A stretch of DNA of 64,000 nt from Agarilytica sp. GTDB lineage: Bacteria; Pseudomonadota; Gammaproteobacteria; Pseudomonadales; Cellvibrionaceae. Below the pieces are notes generated by a model. That model was not told the origin of the DNA and did not search any database. It saw only the letters and a list, made by a program, of their open reading frames with translations. Below, piece by piece: positions 47,508-57,844 of the stretch (position 1 is the stretch's first letter; every line of letters starts with the position of its first letter). The position numbers and the translations under genes were made by a program. Location of the stretch: the NCBI GenBank assembly GCA_033852165.1, contig JAWSUZ010000004.1, forward strand, positions 4,692 to 68,691. The letters are read 5' to 3'.

Positions 47508-47580
47508 TGCGACGCAGCGCACATGATTGACCTTTGGTTTTGGGTAGCATAGACTTGGGTCTAAATATTGCAGTGCAGCA
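47508..47580 (+). promoter_or_regulatory. Second PhaR-flanked promoter with a perfect TAGAC-N4-GTCTA over its -10
   Basis: TTGACC-N17-TAGACT (47527-47555); TGC-N3-GCAGC boxes at 47508 and 47569; TAGACTTGGGTCTA at 47550-47563. Confidence 0.7.
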
Positions 47581-47969
47581 GATGCGGTTTTAAGATTTTA
47601 GTTTTCACTAGTGAATGGGCGTTTTTTGTTTTGCAGATTTTTCATCGGTGACTCACTGCTTTTTATATCCCGCTAGCAGGTCTTTTGAAGTAAAAAGTCG
47701 CACTCAGTCACATCTTGGCGCGAGCGTCTTTTTGGTATGAAGCGTTGTTGATTTAGTGCTGGAATGGTCGTCGAGATTGACTATTATTGGTCGTATGTTT
47801 TGAGGTTGTGAGACAGCTACGAGATGGTTGTGAAAGAGCTTCGAAATAGATGAGCTGCAGGTGAAGTGCAGTCCGTATTAATCTAGGTAGCCTACAGCCC
47901 CATTAAACTGACCTACTATGATCTACAAAATAGAACAGTAAAACAGCAATTTTAAGAGGAGCGAATGTT

Positions 47970-48476
47970 ATGTACGGTAAAGTATTTGAGCAAGCCGGTT
48001 CATTTTTTAAGCCAATGGCTGAAATTATTGAGTTGAACACGGAAATTTTTGAGTCGTTGAGAACCAAACAGACTGATTTTGTGCAAGAAGTTGTTGCTGA
48101 TAGTATTGAGTATGCGAAGGGTTTTAGTCAGCCCAGCGCCGACATTGATACTTTTGTTGGTGCTCAGCAAGCGTACTGGGAAGGTATAAGGGCTAAATTA
48201 ACGTCAAATGCACAAGATAGCTTAGAGCTTATCACTGATGCGCGTGGCAAAGTGGGAGGTTTGATTAAGGGGGCATGGGACGCAAATGCTGTCGCAGTCA
48301 CTGATGTTGCCAATACAGCTGAACCTGTTGATGTTGCCAATGTAGCTGAATCTGTTGATGTTGCCAATGCAGCTGAACCCGTTAAGGCTCCGTCTAAGAA
48401 AAAGCTTACCGGGAAGAAAGCGGCTCTTAAGGCTAAAGCGGCAAAAGCAACGGCAGAGTCAGGCATCTCTGAGTAG
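47970..48476 (+). CDS. Phasin with repeat-containing, Lys/Ala-rich C-terminal tail
   Basis: Phasin-like N-terminus; 3 x DVANxAE(P/S)V; KKKLTGKKAALKAKAAK. Confidence 0.72.
   Translation: MYGKVFEQAGSFFKPMAEIIELNTEIFESLRTKQTDFVQEVVADSIEYAKGFSQPSADIDTFVGAQQAYWEGIRAKLTSNAQDSLELITDARGKVGGLIKGAWDANAVAVTDVANTAEPVDVANVAESVDVANAAEPVKAPSKKKLTGKKAALKAKAAKATAESGISE
48303..48383 (+). repeat. 27-nt coding tandem repeat x3
   Basis: GATGTTGCCAAT...GCTGAA.C.GTT at 48303, 48330 and 48357. Confidence 0.9.
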
Positions 48477-48501
48477 TTGCTGCTTAGCTTCGTCTCTCTA
48501 G

Positions 48502-48532
48502 AAAAGGCCCGTTGAGATAACGGGCCTTTTTT
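48502..48532. terminator. Bidirectional terminator between phasin 2 and phaB
   Basis: AAAAGGCCCGTT-GAGAT-AACGGGCCTTTTTT. Confidence 0.85.
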
Positions 48533-48596
48533 GTTTTAAGCAATACTATTGGTTTTTAGTCTGGTACGTATTATCCGTGGGTTGAATATCTGCCCC

Positions 48597-49319
48597 TTAA
48601 TACATATGCTGGCCACCGTTTATCGATAACGTTGAACCGGTGATAAAACCGGCATTGTCAGCCACCAGAAACTCTACACCTCTGGCTATTTCGTCAGCTT
48701 CTCCTAGTCTACCGACGGGGATTTTCGCAATTATTTTTTCGAGTACTTTTTCCGGAACTGCTCGCACCATGTCTGTAGAAATATAGCCGGGAGCAATAGC
48801 GTTTACCGTGATGTCTTTGCCTGCACCTTCTTGGGCTAAAGCCTTCGTAAAGCCGTGTATCCCCGACTTGGCTGCGGCATAGTTCACTTGCCCATACTGT
48901 CCTGCTTGGCCGTTGACTGAGCCGATATTCACAATACGTCCAAAGCCATGCTTGCGCATACTGTCTATGACATTGCGGCACATGTTAAAGCATGAGCCGA
49001 GGTTAGTGTCGAGTACGGATTGCCAGCATTCTGGGCTCATTTTGTGAATGGTGCCGTCACGCGTGATACCTGCATTGTTGATAAGAATTTCGATGCGACC
49101 GAGGTCGGCTGTAATTTGTGCTACAGCTTCAGCACAGGCGTGGAAGTTAGAGACATCGAATTTATATACAGGAATTCCGTACTTGTCTTTAAATGCGGCG
49201 GCGGTTTGATCGTCCCCTCCATAGCTTGCTGCGACTGTGTATCCATCCTCTTTAAGACGAACGGAAATGGCTTCTCCGATACCGCGGGTTCCACCAGTGA
49301 CTAGAGCGACTCTGCTCAT
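48597..49319 (-). CDS. phaB: Acetoacetyl-CoA reductase
   Basis: TGGTRGIG, NNAGITRD, GQAGQYGQVNYAAAKSG, INGGQHMY. Confidence 0.95.
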   Translation of the reverse strand: MSRVALVTGGTRGIGEAISVRLKEDGYTVAASYGGDDQTAAAFKDKYGIPVYKFDVSNFHACAEAVAQITADLGRIEILINNAGITRDGTIHKMSPECWQSVLDTNLGSCFNMCRNVIDSMRKHGFGRIVNIGSVNGQAGQYGQVNYAAAKSGIHGFTKALAQEGAGKDITVNAIAPGYISTDMVRAVPEKVLEKIIAKIPVGRLGEADEIARGVEFLVADNAGFITGSTLSINGGQHMY

Positions 49320-49752
49320 AAGGTTCTCCTAAGGTTTTGTCTGAAATCAGTTTAAATATAGTGGTGACTGAGTTGCCAGTCGTTAAAAGTGGCAAAGTGA
49401 CACCGTTTGAATTGTGCTGTGCGTTCGCGAATGGCAGTCAACTTGTCCTCAAGTTGGCTCGGTGAAAAAGAGCGAGTTTCGCTCGTTTAAACCTGTGTCA
49501 ATCGTTCAAATATACTTCTAGCTTTCAAAGCAAAACTTAAAACAATACAAAGTAAAACTTAAGAAAGTAGAAATAGCGCAGAGCTGTCCCCCTTAGAGTC
49601 GTCAGATGTTACAGGAATTGATATCGATTTAAACGAATTGCAGTAAATATTGACGCCTGTTTCAATAGCTTTGGCGCTTAGGAATCATATGTTTGTGTTT
49701 TTGTGAACTTGCCCCAATATTGCTCTTTCTTTATTGCTATCACGAGATGTGA

Positions 49753-50610
49753 ATGATGAATCCTAATATCGTCGAAATTACGCCTGAAAACTCTCAAACT
49801 TTATTGGTGGAGGAGTCCTATAAGCGACTCGTATTAATCGATTTTTGGGCAAGCTGGTGTGAGCCGTGTAAAAACTTGATGCCGATATTGGAAGCGTTAG
49901 CGGAAGAGTATGCTGGCCGGTTTTTATTGGCGAAAGTTGATTCTGAGGCAAATCAAGGTATTGCGAGTCAGTTTGGTGTACGCAGCTTACCTACGGTTAT
50001 GTTAATGAAGGACGGTCAGCCTGTTGATGGTTTTACGGGATTGAAGCCGGAGTCTGAGATTCGTGAACTGTTGGATAAGCTACTTCCCAAGCCTTGGGAT
50101 CTGAAATTTAATGAAGCTTCGGCCCATATTCAGCAAGGGGAGTGGGATCAGGCTTATATTCTGCTGAAGGAGGCTTATGACCTTTCGGGGCAGCAGGGCA
50201 ATATAGCCATTACCTTAACTGGTGTATTGACTCAGCTTAAGCGCTATAGCGAAGCTGATAGTATTCTTTCGCTGGTCAAGATGGCCGATCAAGATACTCT
50301 CTATGAGCAGGTGAAAGCTGAGCTGGAGTTGGCTCAGCAGGCGCAAAAAGCACCTGAATTACAAGCGCTTGAGGACCAGTTTGCGCAGACGCCAGAGGAT
50401 AAGACTGTCGCATTTCAGTTGGCGGTTCAATACAGTCAAAACGAATTCAAAAAAGAAGCGCTGTCACTTCTGTATGACATCATTAGGGAGGATCTTAATT
50501 ATCAAGAGGGAGAGGCCAAAAAAATCTACTTAGACATTTTGGCTGTATTGGGAAAGGGTGATCCGATTGCGATTGCGTTTCAACGAAAGCTCTTTACCTT
50601 GCTCTACTAA
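49753..50610 (+). CDS. cnoX: Thioredoxin-TPR chaperedoxin (YbbN/CnoX)
   Basis: DFWASWCEPC; TPR-like helices; C-terminal RKLFTLLY. Confidence 0.88.
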   Translation: MMNPNIVEITPENSQTLLVEESYKRLVLIDFWASWCEPCKNLMPILEALAEEYAGRFLLAKVDSEANQGIASQFGVRSLPTVMLMKDGQPVDGFTGLKPESEIRELLDKLLPKPWDLKFNEASAHIQQGEWDQAYILLKEAYDLSGQQGNIAITLTGVLTQLKRYSEADSILSLVKMADQDTLYEQVKAELELAQQAQKAPELQALEDQFAQTPEDKTVAFQLAVQYSQNEFKKEALSLLYDIIREDLNYQEGEAKKIYLDILAVLGKGDPIAIAFQRKLFTLLY

Positions 50611-50835
50611 AGCGTGTGACGACCTACTCAGCAGAGTCGTTATGGTGACCTGCTTAATAGGAGGTCACTAATTGATAGGTCCATATCAATAACCTGGATT
50701 TCCTTGGTATCAGTGGCATAATGGCTCGCCTTTTTGCTGCTCCTAGCAAGTGACTTTAGGCTTTACTCTAGGCTTTACGTTTTTTCAAAACTTTAGTATA
50801 AATTTTCCAAAGCTTTACTAAAACTGAGGACAACA

Positions 50836-51951
50836 ATGCAACCTGAACTGAAACCCCAAAATCCGAATTTTTCATCTGGTCCGTGTAGTAAGCGCCCTGG
50901 ATACAGTGTTAACAACTTAAAACTTGATACTCTTGGTCGTTCTCACCGCTCTTCTGTCGGTAAAGAAGCCTTGGCTTTAGCGTGTAGCGATACGGCCGAA
51001 ATGCTTGGCTTGCCTGAAGGTTATCGTGTCGGGGTTGTGGCGGGTTCTGACACCGGAGCTATGGAAATGGCGATGTGGTCTTTACTTGGCGAGCGTGGCG
51101 TTGACGTATTGTCGTGGGAATCATTCGGCAAAGGTTGGGTGACGGATATCACCAAGCAGTTAAAACTCGACGATGTGCGCTCTATGGAGGCTGCTTACGG
51201 CCAATTGCCAGATTTAAGCGCCGTGGACTTTGCACGTGACGTTGTCTTTACGTGGAACGGTACAACCTCTGGTGTAAAAGTGCCTAATGGTGATTGGATT
51301 GCCGATGACCGCGAAGGTCTTACAATATGTGATGCGACCTCAGCAGTTTTTGCGATGGAGATTCCGTGGGATAAAATTGATGTGGCTACGTTCAGCTGGC
51401 AGAAAGCTCTAGGCGGAGAAGGTGCTCACGGTATGCTGATCTTGAGCCCTCGTGCAGTAGCAAGGCTGGAGAGCTATACACCCGCTTGGCCAATGCCGAA
51501 AATTTTCCGTATGACAAAAGGCGGAAAATTGATTGAGGGGATATTCAAAGGCGCTACGATCAATACACCTTCAATGTTGTGTGTTGCGGATTATCTGGAT
51601 GCATTGAGCTGGATCAAAAATATTGGCGGTGTGAAGGCCAGCATTGAAAAGTCACAAGCAAACTTAGCGGTTATCGAAAAATTCGTAGCTAAAAATGACT
51701 GGATCGACTTTTTAGCCGAATCCAGCGAAATCAATTCTAACACCAGTATTTGTTTAACCCTTAAAGCTGAGCCAGATCAAGTTAAAGAAATGGTGAAGCT
51801 CTTAGATAAAGAAGGTGTTGCCTTTGATATCGGCGCATATCGTGATGCGCCAGCGGGTATTCGTATCTGGGGTGGGGCGACTGTAGAAGCTTCTGATTTG
51901 GAAAAGTTGATGCCTTGGATGACGTGGGCATACGAGCAAGTTACACAATAA
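50836..51951 (+). CDS. serC: Phosphoserine aminotransferase (Methanosarcina-type)
   Basis: [43 protein letters not shown]. Confidence 0.93.
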   Translation: MQPELKPQNPNFSSGPCSKRPGYSVNNLKLDTLGRSHRSSVGKEALALACSDTAEMLGLPEGYRVGVVAGSDTGAMEMAMWSLLGERGVDVLSWESFGKGWVTDITKQLKLDDVRSMEAAYGQLPDLSAVDFARDVVFTWNGTTSGVKVPNGDWIADDREGLTICDATSAVFAMEIPWDKIDVATFSWQKALGGEGAHGMLILSPRAVARLESYTPAWPMPKIFRMTKGGKLIEGIFKGATINTPSMLCVADYLDALSWIKNIGGVKASIEKSQANLAVIEKFVAKNDWIDFLAESSEINSNTSICLTLKAEPDQVKEMVKLLDKEGVAFDIGAYRDAPAGIRIWGGATVEASDLEKLMPWMTWAYEQVTQ

Positions 51952-51986
51952 ACAATCTATTAACCTTAACTGTGTGAAGATTAACT

Positions 51987-53162
51987 ATGTTTCAGATTCG
52001 TACCTATAACAAAATTTCAGATAAAGGGCTAAGCCGTTTCGACGATACATACAACGTTGGATCGGATATTGAAAACCCTCAAGCATTGCTACTACGCAGT
52101 CAAAAATTGCACGATGAAAGCTTGCCTGATTCGGTCATGGCCGTTGCAAGAGCGGGAGCGGGAACTAACAATATTCCAGTAGATGAATACAGTAAAAAGG
52201 GAATCGTCGTATTTAACACGCCTGGAGCCAATGCGAATGCAGTTAAAGAGCTCGTTTTGTCCGGGTTGTTGCTGAGCTCGCGTGGCATCATGCAAGGAAA
52301 GTCTTTCGTTGATACCTTGGGTGAAATGACAGATGCAGCAGAAATGTCAAAGTTGCTCGAAAAAGAAAAAAAGCGTTTTGCCGGTAGTGAATTGGCGGGC
52401 AAAACTCTGGGTGTTATTGGTCTTGGTGCTATTGGTTCAATGGTCGCTGATGCGGCGCTAGCGTTGGGCATGGATGTGCTGGGTTTTGATCCTGCGTTGT
52501 CAGTCGAGGCGGCATGGCGCTTATCCAGTGACGTAAGGCGAATGGAGAGTGTTGAGGCCCTGTTGGCAGAAGTCGATTTTCTTTCATTGCACGTACCAGC
52601 AATTCCAGCCACGAAGCATATGATCAATGCTGATACCTTGAGCTTGATGAAACCCACTGCGGCGATTATGAATTTTGCTCGGGATGCTATTGTCGATGCT
52701 CAGGCGGTTGTTCATGCGCTCGATAATGAAAAGCTCCGTCAGTATGTTTGTGATTTCCCAGAACCTTGCTTGATTAATCACTCTAAAGTTGTTGCGCTAC
52801 CGCATATTGGTGCGAGTACTGCGGAGGCTGAAGAAAACTGTGCGGTGATGGCGGTTAATCAGCTGCGTGATTATCTTGAAGACGGCAATATCGTCAATTC
52901 CGTCAATTTTCCGCAAACCGCAATGTCTCGTGGCGATACAGCTTGCCGTATTACCTTTACCAATGAAAATGTTTCGGGTGTGCTGGGGCATGTACTATCC
53001 GTATTTGCCGACAGCGATGTAAATGTCGTGGATATGGTGAATAAAAGCCGGAATAATGTGGCTTACAATATTTTGGATTTGGCCAGTCGTCCGTGTGACG
53101 AACTGATTCAAAACCTCAAAAATGTAGAGCACGTTATCTCTTTGAGGGTACTTTGTAGTTAA
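51987..53162 (+). CDS. serA: D-3-phosphoglycerate dehydrogenase with C-terminal ACT domain
   Basis: RAGAGTNN, GLGAIG, PHIGAST.EAEEN, ACT domain. Confidence 0.9.
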   Translation: MFQIRTYNKISDKGLSRFDDTYNVGSDIENPQALLLRSQKLHDESLPDSVMAVARAGAGTNNIPVDEYSKKGIVVFNTPGANANAVKELVLSGLLLSSRGIMQGKSFVDTLGEMTDAAEMSKLLEKEKKRFAGSELAGKTLGVIGLGAIGSMVADAALALGMDVLGFDPALSVEAAWRLSSDVRRMESVEALLAEVDFLSLHVPAIPATKHMINADTLSLMKPTAAIMNFARDAIVDAQAVVHALDNEKLRQYVCDFPEPCLINHSKVVALPHIGASTAEAEENCAVMAVNQLRDYLEDGNIVNSVNFPQTAMSRGDTACRITFTNENVSGVLGHVLSVFADSDVNVVDMVNKSRNNVAYNILDLASRPCDELIQNLKNVEHVISLRVLCS

Positions 53163-53275
53163 TCCTCTGATTTTTATCAGAATATTGACTAAGGCTGTTA
53201 AATTTCGCTTGAAAACTTGTTTGAAGTTGCGATAATGCGCAGCCCTCGGAATGAGTTTAATTCCGTTGTTTTAAT

Positions 53276-53388
53276 GGTGGCCCAATTGGTCCCCTCGCGA
53301 CAATTCGCTGTGAACTCCGCCAGGCCTGGAAGGGAGCAACGGTAGCAGTATAATTGGGCGCCGGGGTGTGGCTGGTTGGGTCTCCTCC
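53276..53388 (+). ncRNA. ffs: Signal recognition particle 4.5S RNA
   Basis: Core CCAGGCCTGGAAGGGAGCAAC (GNRA-capped helix 8); long hairpin; located upstream of dnaX. Confidence 0.92.
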
Positions 53389-53578
53389 ATCTTTAGTAAC
53401 TTTTTTATTCACGGTTGTTGTTTAATTTATCGTTACTGTTTAGATTTAGAGCGATTCACTAGGATCGACCTTTCTAGAAAGATCTACCGTTACAACTTCA
53501 TCCACGCCGTACACTTCCGTTTGCGTTATAATTCGACGCTTACAAGACTAATCTTTAGGTTTCAAGGTTCGATAATCG

Positions 53579-55690
53579 ATGAGCTATCAGGTGTTGGCCC
53601 GCAAGTGGCGCCCTCGTATATTCCGTGAAATGGTTGGCCAAGAGCACGTGCTCAAAGCGCTAATTAATGCACTCGATCATAATCGACTGCATCACGCGTA
53701 CTTATTTACTGGGACGCGCGGGGTCGGTAAAACTACGATTGCGCGAATTCTGGCAAAGTGTCTTAACTGTGAAACAGGCGTGAGTTCTGAACCGTGTGGC
53801 GAATGCTCGGCTTGTAATGAAATTGCTGAAGGGCGATTCGTTGATTTAATTGAAGTGGATGCGGCTTCGCGCACCAAGGTTGAAGATACCCGTGAATTGC
53901 TCGATAACGTCCAATACGCGCCAACGCGTGGTCGCTATAAAATATACTTGATCGATGAAGTTCATATGCTCTCCAATCACAGTTTCAACGCCTTGTTGAA
54001 AACTCTGGAAGAGCCGCCCGACCATGTAAAGTTCTTGCTGGCGACAACCGATCCGCAGAAGCTGCCTGTCACGATTCTTTCGCGTTGCTTGCAGTTTAAT
54101 CTCAAAAATATGAGTTCGGAACGTATTGTTGGGCATTTGCAGCACGTCCTAACCAAAGAAGCCATTCCCTTTGAGGAAGCTGCACTGTGGCCACTATCAA
54201 GGTCGGCGGATGGCAGTATGCGCGATGCGCTTAGTCTGACGGACCAAGCAATAGCCTTTGGCGGCGGTAAAGTACTCGAATCCGAAGTCAGCATTATGCT
54301 TGGGTCTATCGATCGCGTATTGATTGAAGAAATTATGCAGGCATTAGTTGCTGCAGATGGTCCAGCCGTCTTGGCTGCTGTGGCAAAATTTGCTGAGCAT
54401 GCGCCAGATTATGATGCGGCCTTGGCGGATTTGCTCACGCTCTTGCATCGTATTGCGATTGCCCAAGCCTTGCCTGAAGCCCTGGATAATAGTTATGGCG
54501 ATCGCGCTCAGATATTAAAATTTGCCAGTGAGCTTACGCCGGAAGACGTGCAAATGTTTTATCAAACGACTCTAATTGGCCGCAGGGACTTGTCCTTGGC
54601 TTCTGACCCTAGGATGGGGGTCGAAATGACGTTGCTAAGAATGTTGACGTTTAAGCCTCAAGGCCTTGTTGATGTGCCGACCACGTCGCTGCCTAACTCG
54701 GGTGCTCAAAACCAAGAAAAGCTTGTGGCGGAGGCCGCCGTCCCGATAAAAAAGCCGATAGTTGAGCCGGGAAAGCCCGCGCTCGATGGTAATACTCCCG
54801 GCGGAAGGGCTGTTTTGTCTTCTCTCGTTGGTGAGGATGTGCCAAGGCAAGAGCTGGTAACGCCAGAACAGTCAGTCCAAGAAAAGCCAATAGAACCCAA
54901 TACCGGTTCTATTGATAGAGCGGTTGCAAGCGCTCTTAAAAACGGAAGTGGTTCAGAGCTCTCTGATCAGGGTCGAAGTTCTCCTGCCGCGTCTAGCGAG
55001 ACCCCATTAGCTGTATGTTCTAAACCTTCGGAGCCTCAAGGTACGCGGGAACCGACTGTCGTTGAAAGTAAAGAGCCGCCGAGAGTGGAAGCTCCCTCTC
55101 CTGTGGCTCAGATTGCCTCGAAACCTCAGCATTCGACAAGTCCGCAGCTAAAATCAGTAACAAAAAACAATGTGACCAGGCTGCAAGAACTGGTGGCCTC
55201 TGTAGTACCTTCGGTCGCATCATTACCTGAACCGAATCAGTCTAGCCCGAACACACAAAAACCTGCAGAATTACCTAAACAGAAAATGGGTTTAGATTCC
55301 TTTGCGCCGAACAACTGGATTTCGGTCTACCAGCAGTTAGAAATAAAAGGCATTGTTCAAAGCACAGTCGCGAATTGTGTCATGGTAGGTCGCGAAGATA
55401 ACCATGTTCAGTTTATATTAGACCAAGATAAAACCAGTTTATACGACCCGTCTCACGCTCAACGTATAGCCGATTATTTGAGTGATTATTTTGCTCATCC
55501 CGTTCGTGTGGATATTCAGCTGTCCTCTATTCCCGAGGGTATGGAAACTCCCGCAGAGCATAATGATCGGGTACGTAAAGAAAAGCATGCTCACGCCTTG
55601 GCAACATTGAGAGATGACCCCGTGGTGCAAACGTTTGAACGTGAATTCGGTGCAAAATTGCAAGAACAAACAGTGAAATATCCATCTTAA
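53579..55690 (+). CDS. dnaX: DNA polymerase III subunit tau/gamma
   Basis: MSYQVLARKWRP, GTRGVGKT, DEVHML, SRC. Confidence 0.98.
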   Translation: MSYQVLARKWRPRIFREMVGQEHVLKALINALDHNRLHHAYLFTGTRGVGKTTIARILAKCLNCETGVSSEPCGECSACNEIAEGRFVDLIEVDAASRTKVEDTRELLDNVQYAPTRGRYKIYLIDEVHMLSNHSFNALLKTLEEPPDHVKFLLATTDPQKLPVTILSRCLQFNLKNMSSERIVGHLQHVLTKEAIPFEEAALWPLSRSADGSMRDALSLTDQAIAFGGGKVLESEVSIMLGSIDRVLIEEIMQALVAADGPAVLAAVAKFAEHAPDYDAALADLLTLLHRIAIAQALPEALDNSYGDRAQILKFASELTPEDVQMFYQTTLIGRRDLSLASDPRMGVEMTLLRMLTFKPQGLVDVPTTSLPNSGAQNQEKLVAEAAVPIKKPIVEPGKPALDGNTPGGRAVLSSLVGEDVPRQELVTPEQSVQEKPIEPNTGSIDRAVASALKNGSGSELSDQGRSSPAASSETPLAVCSKPSEPQGTREPTVVESKEPPRVEAPSPVAQIASKPQHSTSPQLKSVTKNNVTRLQELVASVVPSVASLPEPNQSSPNTQKPAELPKQKMGLDSFAPNNWISVYQQLEIKGIVQSTVANCVMVGREDNHVQFILDQDKTSLYDPSHAQRIADYLSDYFAHPVRVDIQLSSIPEGMETPAEHNDRVRKEKHAHALATLRDDPVVQTFEREFGAKLQEQTVKYPS
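54730..54786 (+). other. Candidate programmed -1 ribosomal frameshift signal in dnaX
   Basis: GGAGG (54730-54734); in-frame A AAA AAG (54748-54754); hairpin 54762-54786; -1-frame TGA at 54763-54765. Confidence 0.75.
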
Positions 55691-55707
55691 AATTATAGGA
55701 GATCGTT

Positions 55708-56031
55708 ATGTTTAATGACCTTGGCGATATCATGAAACAAGCCCAACAAATGCAATCCAAAATGGCGGATATGCAAAAAGAGTTGGCAAATAAAGAAGTA
55801 ATTGGCGAGGCCGGCGCTGGTCTTGTGAAAGTTACGATGACGGGCCGGCACGACCTCAGTAAAGTGACGATAGACCCGAGCTTAATGTCAGAAGACAAAG
55901 AGATGTTAGAGGACTTATTGGCGGCGGCGGTCAACGATGCTGTACGAAGAGTCGAAGAGTCTAATAAAGAACTCATGAGCCAAATGACCGGGGGTATGCA
56001 GATGCCACCGGGCTTCAAAATGCCATTTTAG
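55708..56031 (+). CDS. ybaB: YbaB/EbfC nucleoid-associated protein
   Basis: [25 protein letters not shown]; between dnaX and recR. Confidence 0.95.
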   Translation: MFNDLGDIMKQAQQMQSKMADMQKELANKEVIGEAGAGLVKVTMTGRHDLSKVTIDPSLMSEDKEMLEDLLAAAVNDAVRRVEESNKELMSQMTGGMQMPPGFKMPF

Positions 56032-56046
56032 TGCTTAGACAATAAT

Positions 56047-56640
56047 ATGTTTTCCCCCTTAATTGATCAGCTTATTCGTGCATTACGCAAGCTTCCCGGT
56101 GTTGGCCCTAAATCGGCGCAACGTATGGCGTTTCATTTGTTGGAATATGACCGGCAAGCGGCAGAAAATTTAGCACAAGCTTTGTCAGAGGCGGCTTCCT
56201 CGGTTCAGCGCTGTGAAAAATGTCGTACCCTAACGGAAGAGAAGATGTGCGCTATATGCATTAACGTAAAGCGGGATCATAGTATTTTATGTGTGGTTGA
56301 AACACCTGCAGATGTCGTGGCGTTAGAGCAGTCGGGCACTTTTTCTGGCCAATACTTTGTCTTACATGGTCGGCTTTCTCCTATTGATGGCATTGGCCCG
56401 AAAGAGATTGGCATTGCCGAACTGGAACAGCGTTTAGCTGACGGGGCTATTAAGGAGCTTATCGTTGCCACGAACCCTACAATGGAGGGGGAGGCGACTT
56501 CACATTACATAAACGAACGTGCCAAGGCATATTCGGTAAAAGTTACACGTATTGCCCACGGTGTCCCCATAGGCAGTGAACTGGAATATATTGATGGCGG
56601 CACGTTGGCACACGCCCTTAATAGTCGGCGGGAAATATAG
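56047..56640 (+). CDS. recR: Recombination mediator RecR
   Basis: [12 protein letters not shown]4 zinc finger, Toprim [11 protein letters not shown]. Confidence 0.97.
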   Translation: MFSPLIDQLIRALRKLPGVGPKSAQRMAFHLLEYDRQAAENLAQALSEAASSVQRCEKCRTLTEEKMCAICINVKRDHSILCVVETPADVVALEQSGTFSGQYFVLHGRLSPIDGIGPKEIGIAELEQRLADGAIKELIVATNPTMEGEATSHYINERAKAYSVKVTRIAHGVPIGSELEYIDGGTLAHALNSRREI

Positions 56641-56652
56641 GCAGACAACTTA

Positions 56653-57798
56653 ATGTCGGAAAATTTATTACAGCAAGAAGTCGTGTGGGTGGACCAAGAT
56701 GATGCCCTTGAGAAAGTGTGTGAAGCCTGGCAAGACAAGCCACTGCTAGCGCTTGATACGGAGTTTATGCGTTCGAGCACCTATTACCCAATTGCCGGGC
56801 TTATTCAGGTGAATGACGGCGAAAAAAATTACCTTATTGATCCGACGAAAATAACGGATTTCTATCCCTTCGCTGAAATTCTCGATAACGAGAACATCGT
56901 TAAAGTATTGCATTCATGCTCCGAAGATCTAGAAGTCTTTCAGCATGCTCTGGATTGTTTACCTCAAAATATTTTCGATACGCAGGTGGCGGGAGCTTTA
57001 GCAGGATATGGTTTTTCGGTCGGTTTTGGGAAGCTAGCTCTTGCAGTACTGGATGTCGATTTACCGAAAAGTGAAACGCGCTCGGACTGGTTGCAGCGAC
57101 CACTCAGTCAGTCTCAAATACACTATGCTGCACTGGATGTGGAGTACCTATTTACCTTGGCGAATAGCTTAATGGTACAGCTTAATGAACAGCAACGATT
57201 GCCGTGGGCTATGGAAGACAGTCAGCGGATGGTTGATAACTTTTTTGTAAACCAGGACCCTGATCGCACTTATCTAAAGTTTAAGTCTGCATGGAAACTC
57301 GATGAACAACAGTTGGCGATACTAAAGGTGCTCAGCCGCTGGCGCGAAGACGAGGCCCAGGCTAAAGACATTCCCCGAAATCGACTCGTTAAAGAATCGG
57401 CTATTTATTCGATTGCTTTAACGAAACCAACGGCTGAAGGGCAGTTGTATTCCATTGACGGTTTGACCAGTCGTATGATTCGCAGTTATGGTGACAAGTT
57501 TTTATCGATCGTAGAGGATGTGCTCGCGTTACCGAGCGACCATCTTCCCGCGCGATTACCGAGGCCGCTATGTTCTGAAGAGCGAAATGTACTTGATAAG
57601 CTAAAGCAAGTCGTTCTCGCTAAGGCAGAAGAAATGTCCTTGCCGAGTGAAGTGTTGATGCGCAAAAAAGACTATGAAGAAATATTGATTACTGCACGGG
57701 ATCAGGTTTACCGGGTGCCAACAAAACTGCACGGTTGGCGTAAAAATGTTATCGCGGAAAAAGTTGTAGAGACTGTTCAGCAGCTCGCTAGTAAATAA
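56653..57798 (+). CDS. rnd: Ribonuclease D
   Basis: ALDTEF, HSCSEDLE, FDTQVA, YAALDV, HRDC region. Confidence 0.95.
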   Translation: MSENLLQQEVVWVDQDDALEKVCEAWQDKPLLALDTEFMRSSTYYPIAGLIQVNDGEKNYLIDPTKITDFYPFAEILDNENIVKVLHSCSEDLEVFQHALDCLPQNIFDTQVAGALAGYGFSVGFGKLALAVLDVDLPKSETRSDWLQRPLSQSQIHYAALDVEYLFTLANSLMVQLNEQQRLPWAMEDSQRMVDNFFVNQDPDRTYLKFKSAWKLDEQQLAILKVLSRWREDEAQAKDIPRNRLVKESAIYSIALTKPTAEGQLYSIDGLTSRMIRSYGDKFLSIVEDVLALPSDHLPARLPRPLCSEERNVLDKLKQVVLAKAEEMSLPSEVLMRKKDYEEILITARDQVYRVPTKLHGWRKNVIAEKVVETVQQLASK

Positions 57799-57844
57799 TG
57801 CCCAAGCAGGCCGAATCGCTCGGTAAGAAAGCAAGGTTGATAGA

